Positions 11,002 to 23,865 of a DNA stretch of 64,000 nt are shown one piece after another; the stretch's first letter is position 1; every line of letters begins with the position of its first letter. The stretch is taken from assembly GCA_001600815.1 (NCBI GenBank), contig BCKZ01000009.1, forward strand, positions 88,194-152,193, written 5' to 3'. This stretch comes from Alloascoidea hylecoeti. Taxonomy: Eukaryota. A model generated the notes under the pieces. That model did not search any database. It worked only from the letters and a program-made list of their open reading frames with translations, and was not told the origin of the DNA. The position numbers and the translations under genes were made by a program.

Positions 11002-13578
11002 TTATATATTATATCCAAGCAGATCAGACATACTTATATCAAAGTCTTGTTCTTGATTAAAAACATCTCTTAGCAAATCTGGATCTTGCATTAAATCTGT
11101 CATGAGATCCGTTGAATCATTTGTAAGAATATCTTTCCAGAATGATGAATCAGTATAATTAAAGTCTAAATAAGAATTAATATTTGAACTCGATGATACA
11201 ACACCTGACTGATTTTGACTTTTGTATTTGTTTGATGAAGTTTTATAGGTATTTGAATTAAATACTTTATTACTTGAAGAGTCAATTGTACTTCTATTAC
11301 CTTCTGTGTCAGAAACTAAATACTCTATAAATGTATCAAGATCGTTCCTTATATCTTCATCGATATCTGATTGAAATGGTTCATTATTTGCACTAGCTGT
11401 TCCCGGAGAAATTTCTGTATATCTGACTCTTTCTAGATTTTCTATTATAATTGATAAAACTTTTGTTGACTTCCAAGTAACATATCTCCCACTCATAAAT
11501 TTCGAGACACTGTAGTATTCCTTAACATAGTACATAAGAGGATTTTTTTGCAATTGGTTAAGTTCAGTATCACTAAAATTAGGTATTCCTATTTTAATTA
11601 GCCGTGAAACCAAAATATTTAGGAAATTCAAAGGAGGAACAGAATGTTTATATGCCTTAAGTCTACTTCTAACGAGTATTGAAACAATCATTTGGAGAGA
11701 TCTTTGTGTTGAACTTATTATGAGAGGGGCAAACATGGGAAACAATCCATATCCAAAATAAATATGATGATACTTGGTGAAGTTTATGGAGACGTGAAGA
11801 ATAACCAAATTACAACATAATGCATATCTTAGATATCGATGGCTTAATTCCACCTCATTAGGTCCACTGCTTAGAAATAAAATATAAAGGTTGATGGAAA
11901 TGGATGATAATATGGTCAACCTAGCATGCATAAACCGTAGTCTTGATGCCTTAAGAACTTTGTCATTAGGTGATATTTGACACAATAGTTTCGAAAATCT
12001 TGGAAAATTTTCGTACATATAATATAACATATCATTCCCGAAATTCTCCAAGAAACTTCTTGTAGTGACAAAAGATGGATGCATTCCAACTTCCACATAA
12101 TCTCGCATTAGATTAGATGATTCATAGATCATTGTGAAATAACTGGAATCCGACTGTAATCGTTCGGTTTGTAATCGTGAACTCCACTTATGGTCTAGCA
12201 TGAATAATTCTAGTTCTGTTAAAGTTGGGGCCTTAGTATCAAAGTATTTCCGATTTACTTGAAGGGGCCTACCAACATCCCCACATTGAACAGCATCAAT
12301 TAATAGTATAAACCCCCATAAAATCCTCCGCTTGAACTTTTCGTATGAGTCCAATTCACTATAAATAATATCTGGATCTCGGTGATACCCAAGAGTGTGA
12401 GCTAACTCGATAGTGCTTGAAAAACCAATCGTACTATTTTCAGAATTACCATCTCGTTTTTCAGTTGATATCATTTCATACATTCGAAGAAGGATCAAGT
12501 ATTTTAGTCTTAGAGTCATATTATAAGTACTTTTGAAATCAGAATATGAACACATTAAAAGTCCTAATTCATTAGCTAAATCAATCGCTTCGTCTTCAAT
12601 CGTAATGTTAAGATCATAAAGAACAATAAATTTTGAATATCCTTCACTAGACAATAGTTCTGCTGGTATATCTTCACCCACATAGGGTAAAGATAAATAC
12701 CCAAGTCTTAGACAAAGGATATATATCACTAGAGCGGTATAATGCTCAGGTTTTGTACATTTGAAATGATAATAGTCAAATTCATTTACTATTGCAAATT
12801 CTTCTAACATGTTTTCGATTTCTTCAGTATCAATAACTGGCCAAATATAATCAATCCCATCTTTGAAGTTGTTGTAAATTAAATCACAGAAATCTTTGGA
12901 TGGCAGGATTCTTTCTAGTTTTGTGATTGGGTCTACATTATCATTTGTGATCTGATCTTTTTGCTGGAAGGTAGAGTTAGACCCTGACCCTGGGTACATA
13001 TTTAAATTTTCATTTGGAAGGTCTACCTTAATTTCAATTGATTTTTCAATTGATTTATGAGCTTGGTTGACTGCCTCAAATAATTTAGATAAAATGGGAT
13101 CATTTGTTTCTAACGATACTATGCTTGTAGGACCAAAATGATTAGGAGTGTCGCTTTTCATATCAAGGCATTGAAACTTTTGTGTTAACTCTATAACTGG
13201 ATCAAAACTCTTTTCGAGTGCAGGAGCAGATAAAGATGCCGAATTCAGAATCTGCATACTATGGGATAATTGCAACTGAGTTTCCACAACTTTGATCTTC
13301 TGTTCAATATTATTATTCTCAACCTTTAAATTTTTCAGTTTATTCTCTTCTTGAAGTTTTATGTGTAACGATTTTCTTTTTTGAGGTGGTTTATAACAAC
13401 AGATATTTTCGTATCCGAGTTTCTTACATCTAACGCATTCTGGCTTGGTTCTATCGCACTTTTTAAATCCAAAAATCAAGTTAGTATCAAATAGTATTGT
13501 AATTGAAAATTAGGTCATACATACTTTGACTCTCCTCTTCCTGCAAACAATACAAGGAAATGGGCTTATATCTCCCAT
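11002..13578 (-). CDS. Zn(II)2Cys6 transcription factor with fungal-specific TF domain; exons 13578-13525 and 13458-11002
   Basis: A GTATGT..TACTAAC..AG intron restores CIVCRKRRVK|CDRTKPECVRC...C. Contains LGYHRDP and RRILW motifs. Confidence 0.9.
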
Positions 13579-15030
13579 TGATATCTAAGTTTGAAAACAG
13601 AGAAGTCAGGTATACATATGTATAGGGCCTATATTGAATCCAACTTTTTGGTGGCGCCGGCAAATGAAAATAAAGATATATTTTACACTTTTGTGTAATA
13701 TAATCAGATTCTTCTTGTCCAATAACAATATAGGTACGATATAGGTGAGCTGGAGATTTGAGAAGGATTATCTCTGATCGATTTTCCATGAATTGAAATA
13801 AGGAGCCCGAGGAGAATTAAATGCAAAAATGTTGCAACATGGATCCGCATTATGATCATTAATAATTCTACAGTCAGGGTAACTTACAAACATAATAATA
13901 ATTAACGGTTCAACAATAGGAATATAAGATCTTGATCTTATTTAAATTGTATTTTATATTTTACAATTAAGGTTTATTAAACTTGAAGATGGTGGGCTAA
14001 TTAAATTACGTGCCATCAGTTATAATATAAAAATTAATATATATAAGGGCTATTCCTACGGAAGCCACCCATAGCAGTTCAGTCATGTAAATATTTTCCT
14101 AAATTAAATATGAGGATGGTGAATTAATGGTCACCTAGAGTAAATTAAAGAATATCAAAATTAATTATAAGGTTTTTCTTCCATAATTGATGCATAAACC
14201 TAAAAGTTTTTCGTTTATTGAAACAAGAGACAGTTCGCCAAATTATGTAATTCTTCATTGGTTTATTGTCAAACACACATTATAATTAGCCCATCTTTCA
14301 TATTTGGAGCAGAGTTATTTCTTTTAATGATTCTCTAAATTACACATATTCTGCTACACATCTGTTAATTACCCCTTAGTTGGTGTGGTAGCCCAACAGT
14401 TGCAGTACAACTAATTGCTATAACTTATACTTATAAGGTAAGAGGAATAACAACCGTAATGAGCTCAGAAAATCATCTCTGCTAAATGACGCCAAAATCT
14501 TTAAAACCACCGTACGGTTCCCCTGTATCTCACCTGAGAAATAGGCCTATAGTATAAGCTTATACTATGCTGAAATACGATTGAATAATTCCATAACTAT
14601 TTCAACCTTTTTTTGTACTGATAGATGCACGAGATGTAAAAAATTGTTTGTTTCCAGTATTTTACTCTTAATACGTAAATCATTAATAGAAATGAAAATA
14701 AACTGTAAACATGCGTAGAAACCAGTACTAGTATATCTAACTCTGTGTATCTTTATTTCCCCTACTTTAGGTTTTATTACTCGATCATGAACACTGATTT
14801 ATATATAATGAATATGATTATTGTCAAAACCGGGGTTTGACCTCCAAAAACATTCCTACTGGTTAAAAAAGACAGGTTTATATCTGTATTCAATCCAGAA
14901 GAAGTCATGAAAAGAAGTGTTATAACTAGGAAAAATACAACTGATCCGATTGAAAATACATATATAGTTCATATTGAATACGGAGGGCTCGCCGAAAAGG
15001 TTATTACAAAAAATATAAATTTTCAAAAGA

Positions 15031-16134
15031 TTATAAATATTATAAATATTATTTCCTTAAATTATCAGTAAAATAATAGATTGAAACATCACCATTAGCA
15101 GCTAAAACAGTTACCCTTTTCGAATCAGCATCAATTGGTGAAATATAGATATTTAAATCTCCATTTAGATTTTTTAAATCTTCAGATTCTTGAAATAATT
15201 TAAAACCATTTACATCCCAAATCTTAATAGTATAAATATCAGGAACAGAAATAAATTTATTATTATTTATACATAAACTGTATACTGGTCGATCTGATAA
15301 AGTATTTGTTTTATTTTTTTGTATTTGTGAGTAACAAATAAGTATTGATCATCCACTGCAAAGCAGCAAAGCAGTTCACAGCATCAAATCGAAATTCTTG
15401 GATTATTTGACCAGTTTCAATATTCCAGGATGTAACACCTCCATAAGATTATACTTCACCACATATATCATATATAATACCATTATGAATCCAAATACGG
15501 ACTTGTAAATTAAATTTTAATTGATGTTCCAAATTATCCAGACTTAATATCCAAACCCAAATATATTCACCATTGCAAAATACAATATAATCACTGTATA
15601 GATTGACGCCTAATGAATAAACTGATTGTAGGAATATCAGACGTTCAATTGGTTTAAAATTTAGTAATTCCCAAATTATACAAGAACAATCCAATGAACC
15701 GGAAACCAAGTATTTATCCTGAAAGATTAAGGTTTGGTTTGAAAAGTTTCGTTATCCCAAATTCTTATTGTACAATCTTCTGAACCAGTTATAATCCAGT
15801 TTTTAAAACTTTAACACACCATGTTCGGCCAAAATGACCACTAAATTTATACTTTGTAAATTTACCAGTTAGATTCTAAAAGATAATGTTCTTTGTATAA
15901 TTCATACCATGAATCGGTTTCTGAATCATCATTGTAGTTCCCCCAAGAATTTTTGATCCTGAAACTTTGATTTCCATATATCATCATTATCAGCAATTCG
16001 TTTCCATGATTTAGACACTCTTCTACAATCAGGTAAAGTTGTTGGTGGCAAATCTAAGAAGATGATTTCAGATAATTCTTCAGGAGATCGGGAATAAAAT
16101 CGATTGTAGTCTCAAGAATTTTGTGGAAGGACAT
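15031..16134 (-). pseudogene. F-box/WD40 pseudogene (copy D)
   Basis: Colinear with 21841-23082, with several frameshifts, stops and an internal deletion. Confidence 0.9.
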
Positions 16135-16323
16135 TTTGCAATTGTTTAAATAGTTGTTATTTACTTAAATGTGGTTATAAATATGGCTTCTTTTTAATAA
16201 AAATTGGGAAAAGAAGAGAACTTTACTCCTTGCTTTTGTGACTTTTAGTTAAGGTGGTAGTTGATTTTACCCTATCCAGGGATTGTCGTATCTCAAAGGT
16301 AGTAAAAATAAAAGATTTAATAT

Positions 16324-16408
16324 ACAAGTGTGGCAGTTCATCATTTTTGGTTGAGTTATTGATTATTGAGTTTTCGACTACCGAGACATAATTGTGAGAG
16401 TCTGTGTC
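16324..16408 (+). repeat. ~85-bp dispersed repeat, copy 2
   Basis: Matches 1437-1521. Confidence 0.8.
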
Positions 16409-17499
16409 TTCTTTTGATAGTTGTTGTTCCCTTTTATCTTTTATATAGACTTTCACCTCATGTATATCTCATCATTTGTACGAATTAATAATATAACATG
16501 TGGGCGAATATATAGTGAAATTTAAGAGTCATGTTCGATTCCACACAAAGCACTCAATCCACTGAAACACTTGATGGGACCATCTTCTAGAGTTAATTTA
16601 AGTGTGAGGGGGATTTCCCAAATTATGCCTATTTTTATCATTGGTGATCAAACCATAGAAATAGTACGTGAAAGATGACAAACGCTTCTACTACGTATGT
16701 GTGCATATGTTGATTTTGATTGTTCTATTGATTTTGATGATTGTTCTTTCATTCTTTCGATGCTTATTGTTCTAGATCTATTGATCAATATATTATTATA
16801 TTATTCTTATTATTCTTATTATTACCTTATATATGCATATCGTTATTATCAATTTTATCAATTTTTGTTATAAATAATCATTCTATAAATTTAGTTAGTA
16901 TTATTATTTTTCTTAGAATTCTTGTAGTGACTTTAACCAAAAAAAGTACTACATGCTCGAGCTCTATGAACTCACAGTTTACTCATGGTGTTAAGGTTTA
17001 AGATCGCTATTTTGTTATATTGTTAATTTCGGATTAATTATATAGGGCCTATGTAATTTTTGTGTTATTCAGAACTTCACTCTTATTCAGAATCAGTAAA
17101 ATAAAATAATAGTAAAATGCACGGAAGATGCGTCTGAGCCTCTAAATTTTTAACGGTGATACGTCATGCAGTAAGTTTTTGTGTGACAATGATAACATTA
17201 TACACTAACACGAAAACCCATCATATATGATCATGATCATTATTTTATATAGGAGCATGTAAATAAATTGAGTTTAAGGCCAATAATTATGATTAACCAA
17301 AGCTACGGAAGTCATATTTGCAGTTGACTTTGATATTCGTGACATTTGTTACATCACCATTTCCAATGATCAACTTACGATTGTGATCTATATAAAGCTA
17401 TCATTTCCCCCCTTCTTTGTATTCTTTTCTGTACCAGTATTAATTTGCCAACAAGTTATTACACCTCTTTATTACTATTAACTCTACTTCAAATCAACA

Positions 17500-17858
17500 A
17501 TGTCAGACGGTAAGTTGATATATTTATTCAATTGTTTCTATGTATCAGTTTCTAACAACTTATTATGGATATAGTCGGAAGAAAAAGTTTCAGAACTAAA
17601 GCTAGCGAAGCTATAAAACCAGAATCCGAAAAAAATACATTAGAAAAGATACAAGAAAAGAGAACAAACAATCTTGACAAATTTGCTAAACAAATCCAAC
17701 CAGAAAGTGACAAGGGTACACTTCAAAAAGGTGCGGATAAGGTATCTACATATTCAGAACAACCATCCTATGGTGACCAAGCCAATTCATACTTAGAAGT
17801 AGCTAAAGAAAAAGTTGCTGATGCCGCTGATTATGTTTCAAATTCTCTTAGAAAATAA
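17500..17858 (+). CDS. HSP12: heat shock protein 12; exons 17500-17509 and 17575-17858
   Basis: Spliced MSDVGRKSF..KASEAIKPESEK...AKEKVADAADYVS; upstream TATATAAA. Confidence 0.9.
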
Positions 17859-18067
17859 ACAGTCTACAATTATAGGTTTAAATATAAAACAATAATTATA
17901 CACTTCTGATTATAATTAAAGATGTATATGCAAATATATATGGGTAATAAATAAATTTGTTCAATTTTAAAGGTTTTATATAAAACTTTAATGCCTTTTC
18001 AGTGAGATATCTCCCTTAACGCCGAATGAGTGTTTATGGTCGAGTTTACCATACTTTTGTATATGAT

Positions 18068-18413
18068 TTAAGTATAACATTTACGCGCGGTACGGATTAT
18101 ACTATTTATATTGTAGTTAATCCACCAACCCAGCTTGGATGTTTGATTTATTAATAGAATATGTATAATTCAGCTCGATTAAAATGCTAATACCATTTTG
18201 AGGTTGTCTCATCAATCAAGTACTCCAAGTTTTAGATTCTTTTGTGTAAGTATAACATTTACGCACTGCGCTAATTATAGCATTCATGATGTTGTTGTCA
18301 ATCCACGAACGCAGGTTGTATGTTTGCTTTCTCAATTGGATATGTACAATTCAGCCTGGATTGAAATGCTATTACTATTTTTAGGTTGTTTGATCACTTA
18401 AATATTCTAAGTT
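18068..18413. repeat. diverged tandem duplication, unit ~179 bp
   Basis: TAAGTATAACATTTACGC...AATCCAC...AATTCAGC...AAATGCTA...AGGTTGT...AAGTTT occurs twice in tandem. Confidence 0.75.
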
Positions 18414-18771
18414 TGCTATGTCTTCTTATTTAGATCTATGAGGTTATCGATGTTATTTATTTATTATTATTACTACAGTATAATATAATAGAGTTAGCGC
18501 ACAAGATACATGCATAATAGCTGATGCAGATGAAGTAAACTTCAAGCTAATTTCAAGGGAAAGAAAACCTATCATTTATTAATATGCTGTAATATTATTG
18601 CAGTACGTAGATAAAACCTGTAATTGTATTAATGTGAATTTTACAATTAATTGCTATCTTGTCGTAAGTATGAATATTAATCAGCTATAGATTTCTACTC
18701 ATCTTCTTACATATTCGATCACAAAAGCAAAACTTCAAGCACCATAAGAGTTTAAGTAATAATCAACACCA

Positions 18772-19460
18772 ATGTCTGATCACGAATTGAAAATAAGAGA
18801 AAATTTATTCCAGATCAGAACTGATCCCTATGAAGGTGATACATTGGTAGCCCTTTTAAACCTTAAATTTACGACTGCAGAAGAATTTGGTTTAGAACCG
18901 AAGGAAATTAAGTTAAATTCAAAATTTAAGAAGTAAATGTGATTTTTATGATGAAGGAGGTAAACCCCTTGGGGATTAATCTAATATTGGAAGATGCCAT
19001 TTTTTGAGTAGTAAATTTATGTTTAGAATTATATGACCGAATGTCTTAATCTTTGATGCCTATGCGTTTTAGCCGATTTAAAACATGGCAATGAGGTTAA
19101 AAGTCCAAAAAGTGTATTTCAGAAGTTGCGAAAGTTATCAATAAATGAGCCAGTGGGGAATTTTTGGTTGATTATAAATCAATTCGGTTGGGTCAAGTCA
19201 TATTTGCCATCTTGAAAGAATCTATTGTTATTTATCCCGTTGTTACATCAAAAAGCTAATTAACTGATTGTGAACTCTACAAGTGTGCCATATGATATCC
19301 AACATTATTTTGATGTTAGAATGAAAATTAATTATAAAATTTAAGATCCAGATTTCGGAAAAGTTGTTTATACACAGATGTACTAGAGAAACAGCATATT
19401 GATCAATTATTGATTATGAAGGATTTGGCTATGGTCACTTTAAACTTATAGGTAAGACAT
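18772..19460 (+). pseudogene. decayed gene, possibly related to 317-1168
   Basis: MSDHELKIRENLFQIRTDPY start, then broken frames containing NEVKSP and NQFGWV. Confidence 0.35.
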
Positions 19461-19574
19461 GAGATGGATAATATAGGATAAAAGCTTTATAAATTTGAAT
19501 TATATTACTTAATTTTATAATATAAGCATCTAGTTGATAGTTACCGCTGCTCAGAAGTGATACCAACAACGAAG

Positions 19575-19629
19575 CATAGTTCGCCGAATACTTAGTCTTC
19601 CAAGTGGTCAAAATTAAGTGAAAAATCTG
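19575..19629 (-). mobile_element. short remnant of the same subrepeat transposon arm
   Basis: Minus strand reads TA|CAGATTTTTCACTTAATTTTGACCACTTGG...TATTCGGCGA. Confidence 0.4.
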
Positions 19630-20299
19630 TATATTATCCCATAATTATTTTCGCGCGTTGCACGTATCTACTATGGTTCGGTTCCAAATAACATGTTCCT
19701 ACATATTTAATATTCTCTTTTGTATTTTTGTTGTGATGTTTAAGATTTTCTATTAACTAACGTATTAAGCATCATTAATTCCAATCTCACATTTTTCTGT
19801 TATCTTTAGAGAATTGTGAGTAATCAAGGCTTTGGAAAGTCCTTTAGATGTTTGAATTCCACTTCGAATAGTTTTTAAGGGATATTAGAGCACTATATGT
19901 ACCCTTGATCTGATTTATCCAGACGTGTAATAATATCATCAGATATACCATCATTATTTCCATGAATTTTTAGCTTCTTTGACCGTACTTAAAAAATTTC
20001 TTTTACAATCTATGGAGATTTCAATTCTCCGGTGGATTCTCCATATCAAACAATTTTTTGTTTTTCTTTATTTTTTTTCCTTTCATTTCTTTGGAGGCGG
20101 TATTTGATGAGATTTATTACAAGCTTCTGGTCATAGATATTTTTCAACTCTTCTTTGGTGAATCAAAGTTGGAAACGTCTGATACATTAAGCGCAGTTAA
20201 AATGATGACTATAGTACTAGCTGTGTACCTATTATTAATATTATTATATATATTTCAATTGAAATTTCTTTAAGCAACAATATCTATTTTCAATTTTAA

Positions 20300-20922
20300 A
20301 TAAATTATAAAAATATTTTTTTCCTAATTTTTTAGTAAAATCATAAATAACATCACCATTCATAGTAAAAGCAATTAGCTTCTTTGAATCAACATCAACT
20401 GAAATAGGATATAATTTCGATTGCCTACGTTTCAAATTCTTAAATTCTTTAATTACTTTTTAAATCATCCACACGGTAGAATCAGGATTAACAGTAATGA
20501 TTTTATTATTAACTTTAAATCCTGGAACTGGTCCTTTATCTTCTGCTTCAGTTGATAAAAAATTTATTTCGTTTGTTTGTAAATCCAAAACCGTTACCTT
20601 GTGATCGTCACTAACAAATAAATATTGATCATTGTATAAATTGACGCCTATTAAAAAATTTGAATGTGGTAATATCAGACGATCTATTGGTTTAAAATGT
20701 GGTAATTCCCATATTATACAAGAACCATCCAGTGAACCATAAATTAAATATTTATCATTAATATCCAAGTGACACACTACTGAAATGAAATATTTTCTCA
20801 TTCTTTTCTGTTAGTACCAATATTTTTGTTTCTGGTATGATCCTTCTTGAAAGATTATGACTTACTTTTCCTAATATTCTTAAACATAGAAGATTTTCAT
20901 TATCCCAAATTCTTATTGTACT
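20300..20922 (-). pseudogene. 5'-truncated, internally deleted F-box/WD40 pseudogene (copy E)
   Basis: CIIWELPHFKPIDRLILPHSNFLIGV is identical to 21841, joined directly to DQYLF. Confidence 0.85.
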
Positions 20923-21127
20923 CTCGCGATCGTGTGTTCATAGTCTAACCTCCCTTGGAGATAGCTCTTCTAAAGATTTCCACAAGACAACCCCTTATCC
21001 GGCTTAATACACTATCAATCATAAATTTCGTAATAACAGCTGTGAAGAAATGAAAGGGTTACGGATTTTACTCCCCTCTTTTTTTATTACGGTAAATGCG
21101 CTGGATCTAGGTAGAGGTATGGATGTA

Positions 21128-21314
21128 CAGTGTTTTGTTAATTTCGACCACTTGTTGACCTATATTAGCACATTATTTAGACACCATTCGCCGATACTTT
21201 AAATTAATAATTCCACTACATGATGTAATGATATTTCACCAACAATCTCATTTACTTTCGCCACTCTTCATTAAATATTCAGTCACCTTCATGTCCAATA
21301 CCAAATTATGGCCA
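21128..21314 (+). mobile_element. transposon terminal arm TA|CAGTG with ~22-23-bp subrepeats
   Basis: Units end near 21150, 21172, 21194, 21218, 21241, 21263, 21285. Spacers align with the 10549 and 4958 arms. Confidence 0.55.
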
Positions 21315-21840
21315 ACACCGTAGCCACCTTCTGTATGCTTTGGAATCAAACCATATGAGACCATATTGTCATTTTTCTCAGAGATTATACTTAACAGGAA
21401 GTTTATTTACTTACCAGATTACAATTTGATTGGTGATTTACCTGAAAACGTCATAAAGCCTTAGCCACTTGCTTCAAATGCTCCGTGTATTACGGAAGGA
21501 CCAGGTGATCGAAGGATTAAAATCAATTTCATGGAGAAAAAAGCACATTAGTACGACTACGAGAAGAACTACTATAGTAGATTACCTGAAGAAAGTAATG
21601 CCTAATTATCTACCTGATGGGCTTAAAAAGTCTTAGTTTTATATTTTTTTGTTGATTTATTTTTAAATATTTAGAAAATTTAGAAAAATGTCATTTTCGG
21701 TTTGCGAAGTAACTCAGACTCCCGAAGATGCCCCACCACACAGAAATGGGCATTTATAGTGAAGTTCATAACTCTTTAATTCTCTTTTCCTCCCCTTGTT
21801 ATAATATTATTGACAACCATGGTACAACATTAATCATAAT

Positions 21841-23082
21841 ATGTCCTTACATAAAAATCTTGAGACGACAATCGATTCTGTTTCTGATCTCCCTTATGAA
21901 ATATCTCAAATGGTTTTCTTAGATTTGCCACCAACAACTTTACTTGATTGTAGAAGAGTTTCTAAATCATGGAAACACATATCGGATAATGATAATATAT
22001 GGAGGTCAAAGTTTAAAGATGAAAAATCATGGGAATACTATAATGATGATTCAGAAACTGATTCTTGGTTAGAATTATACAAAGTACGTTATCTATTGGA
22101 ATTAAATTGGAAAAATGGTAAATTTACAAAGCATCGATTAAGTGGTCATTCTGGCCAAACGTGGTGTGTTAAATTTTTTAAAAACTGGATTATAACTGGT
22201 TCGGATGATTGGACAATAAGAATATGGGATAATGAAACTTTTCAATGTTTAAGAGTATTAGGAAAGCTAAACCATCTTTCGGGAATAAGGTTATCAGAAA
22301 CTGAATCTTTAAAGTTGATAGAAAAGAATGGTGAAATATTTCATTTCGATGCTGTTAAACATGTGGATATTAATGATAAATATTTGGTTTCTGGTTCATT
22401 GGATGGTTCTTGTATAATATGGGAATTACCACATTTTAAACCAATAGATCGTCTGATATTACCACATTCAAATTTTTTAATAGGCGTCGATTTATACAAT
22501 GATTATATTGTATATTGTAATGGTGAACATATTGGGGTTTGGAAATCAAGTCTTGATAATTTGGAACATCAAACAAAGTTTAAGTTACAACTATGTATAG
22601 ATGAAAAACGAATTGATCGAATTTGCATTCATAATGGTATTATATATGGTACAGAATTTGGCTATATAAAATCCTGGAATATTGATACTGGTCAAATAAT
22701 ACAAGAATTTCGATTTGATGATGTGAATTTCTTTGCAGTGGATGATCAATACTTATTTTTTAGCAAATATTACGAATTAAGGGTTTTGAATTTAAAAACA
22801 AATAAAACAAATATTTTATTAGATCAAGGAGTAGAGAGTTTAAGTATAAATAGGAATAAACTCATTTCGGTTGATTATTCTTATATTGTTAGGATTTGGA
22901 ATTTAAATGATATAAAATTAATTACAGAATATCAAGATAGAGAAATTTTAACTGCAGATTTATATTTTTATTCTTTACCAATTGATGCTGATTCAAAAAG
23001 GCTAGCTGTTTTAAGTACTCATGGTGTTTTGATTTATGAATTTACTGATAATTTAAAAAAAAAATATTTAAAATATTTATAA
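21841..23082 (+). CDS. intact F-box/WD40 protein, beta-TrCP/FWD-1/Pof11-like (copy F), 413 aa
   Basis: F-box LPYEISQMVFLDL..CRRVSKSW, linker LELNWKNGKF, WD repeats GH..WCVKF..IITGSDDWTIRIWD and YLVSGSLDGSCIIW. Confidence 0.9.
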   Translation: MSLHKNLETTIDSVSDLPYEISQMVFLDLPPTTLLDCRRVSKSWKHISDNDNIWRSKFKDEKSWEYYNDDSETDSWLELYKVRYLLELNWKNGKFTKHRLSGHSGQTWCVKFFKNWIITGSDDWTIRIWDNETFQCLRVLGKLNHLSGIRLSETESLKLIEKNGEIFHFDAVKHVDINDKYLVSGSLDGSCIIWELPHFKPIDRLILPHSNFLIGVDLYNDYIVYCNGEHIGVWKSSLDNLEHQTKFKLQLCIDEKRIDRICIHNGIIYGTEFGYIKSWNIDTGQIIQEFRFDDVNFFAVDDQYLFFSKYYELRVLNLKTNKTNILLDQGVESLSINRNKLISVDYSYIVRIWNLNDIKLITEYQDREILTADLYFYSLPIDADSKRLAVLSTHGVLIYEFTDNLKKKYLKYL

Positions 23083-23865
23083 TCTACCAAAAATTTATAT
23101 ATGATAATTTTTAACAACCTCTTCAGAGGGTCCTCCGTATTCAGGATATGTATTTTCAATCGATTCAGTTGTGCTTTTTCTAACACTTCATTTCAAGAGT
23201 TCTTCTGAATTGAGTAGTGATATAAACCTGAATTTTTAAAACCAGCAAGTAGGTATGTTTTTGGAGCAGGTTTCCACACTTATCATATACTTGTAGTTCC
23301 AATAAGTCAGCTATTCGAACCACGGAATTTTTAGCCATGGCAAAGTAAATTATTGGAATAGTCCTTCTTGTGTAACTTGAAGAGAAAATTTCCTGTATAA
23401 CCTAACAATGAGCATTTATCAATTAATTTGTTTAATTTTAAAAAATGTTGAAGTTGTTGTGTTTATCATGGGCGGTTGTTATCAAATTCATCCCACACAA
23501 AAAAATGTGGTATGAAACATACTTATAAGATCTTACGAAGTTCGAGCTTCATTTTGAGAATCATCTAATCTCATTATTATTATACAGGCCTACAGTTTAT
23601 CTTCATGATTATTGATGTGAAACTACTTTAGCAATTTCGATATCTGTCATTCTCAATGTTAAATAAATAGAGTAATGAAAGCAACAATATAGTTCTGTAT
23701 TAAACAACAGTAAGAGATTGGTTGTCTCAAAACGGAGAGAAACCAATTTTTATATACTAAACTAAATCTATAAAATATAAATACATAGATTCTTTTAATG
23801 TAGATATAAATTAACGGAGTGAAAGGAAAAATAAACAAGTAGAGATCACTCACAGACACGTAGAT

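Noticed and set aside
14549..14568. Perfect 20-bp palindrome ATAGTATAAGCTTATACTAT
   Set aside because: Single AT-rich instance with no supporting context.
16525..16550. B-box-like GTTCGATTCC (also TTCGATCCC near 1910)
   Set aside because: No cloverleaf or A-box could be built; not called tRNA.
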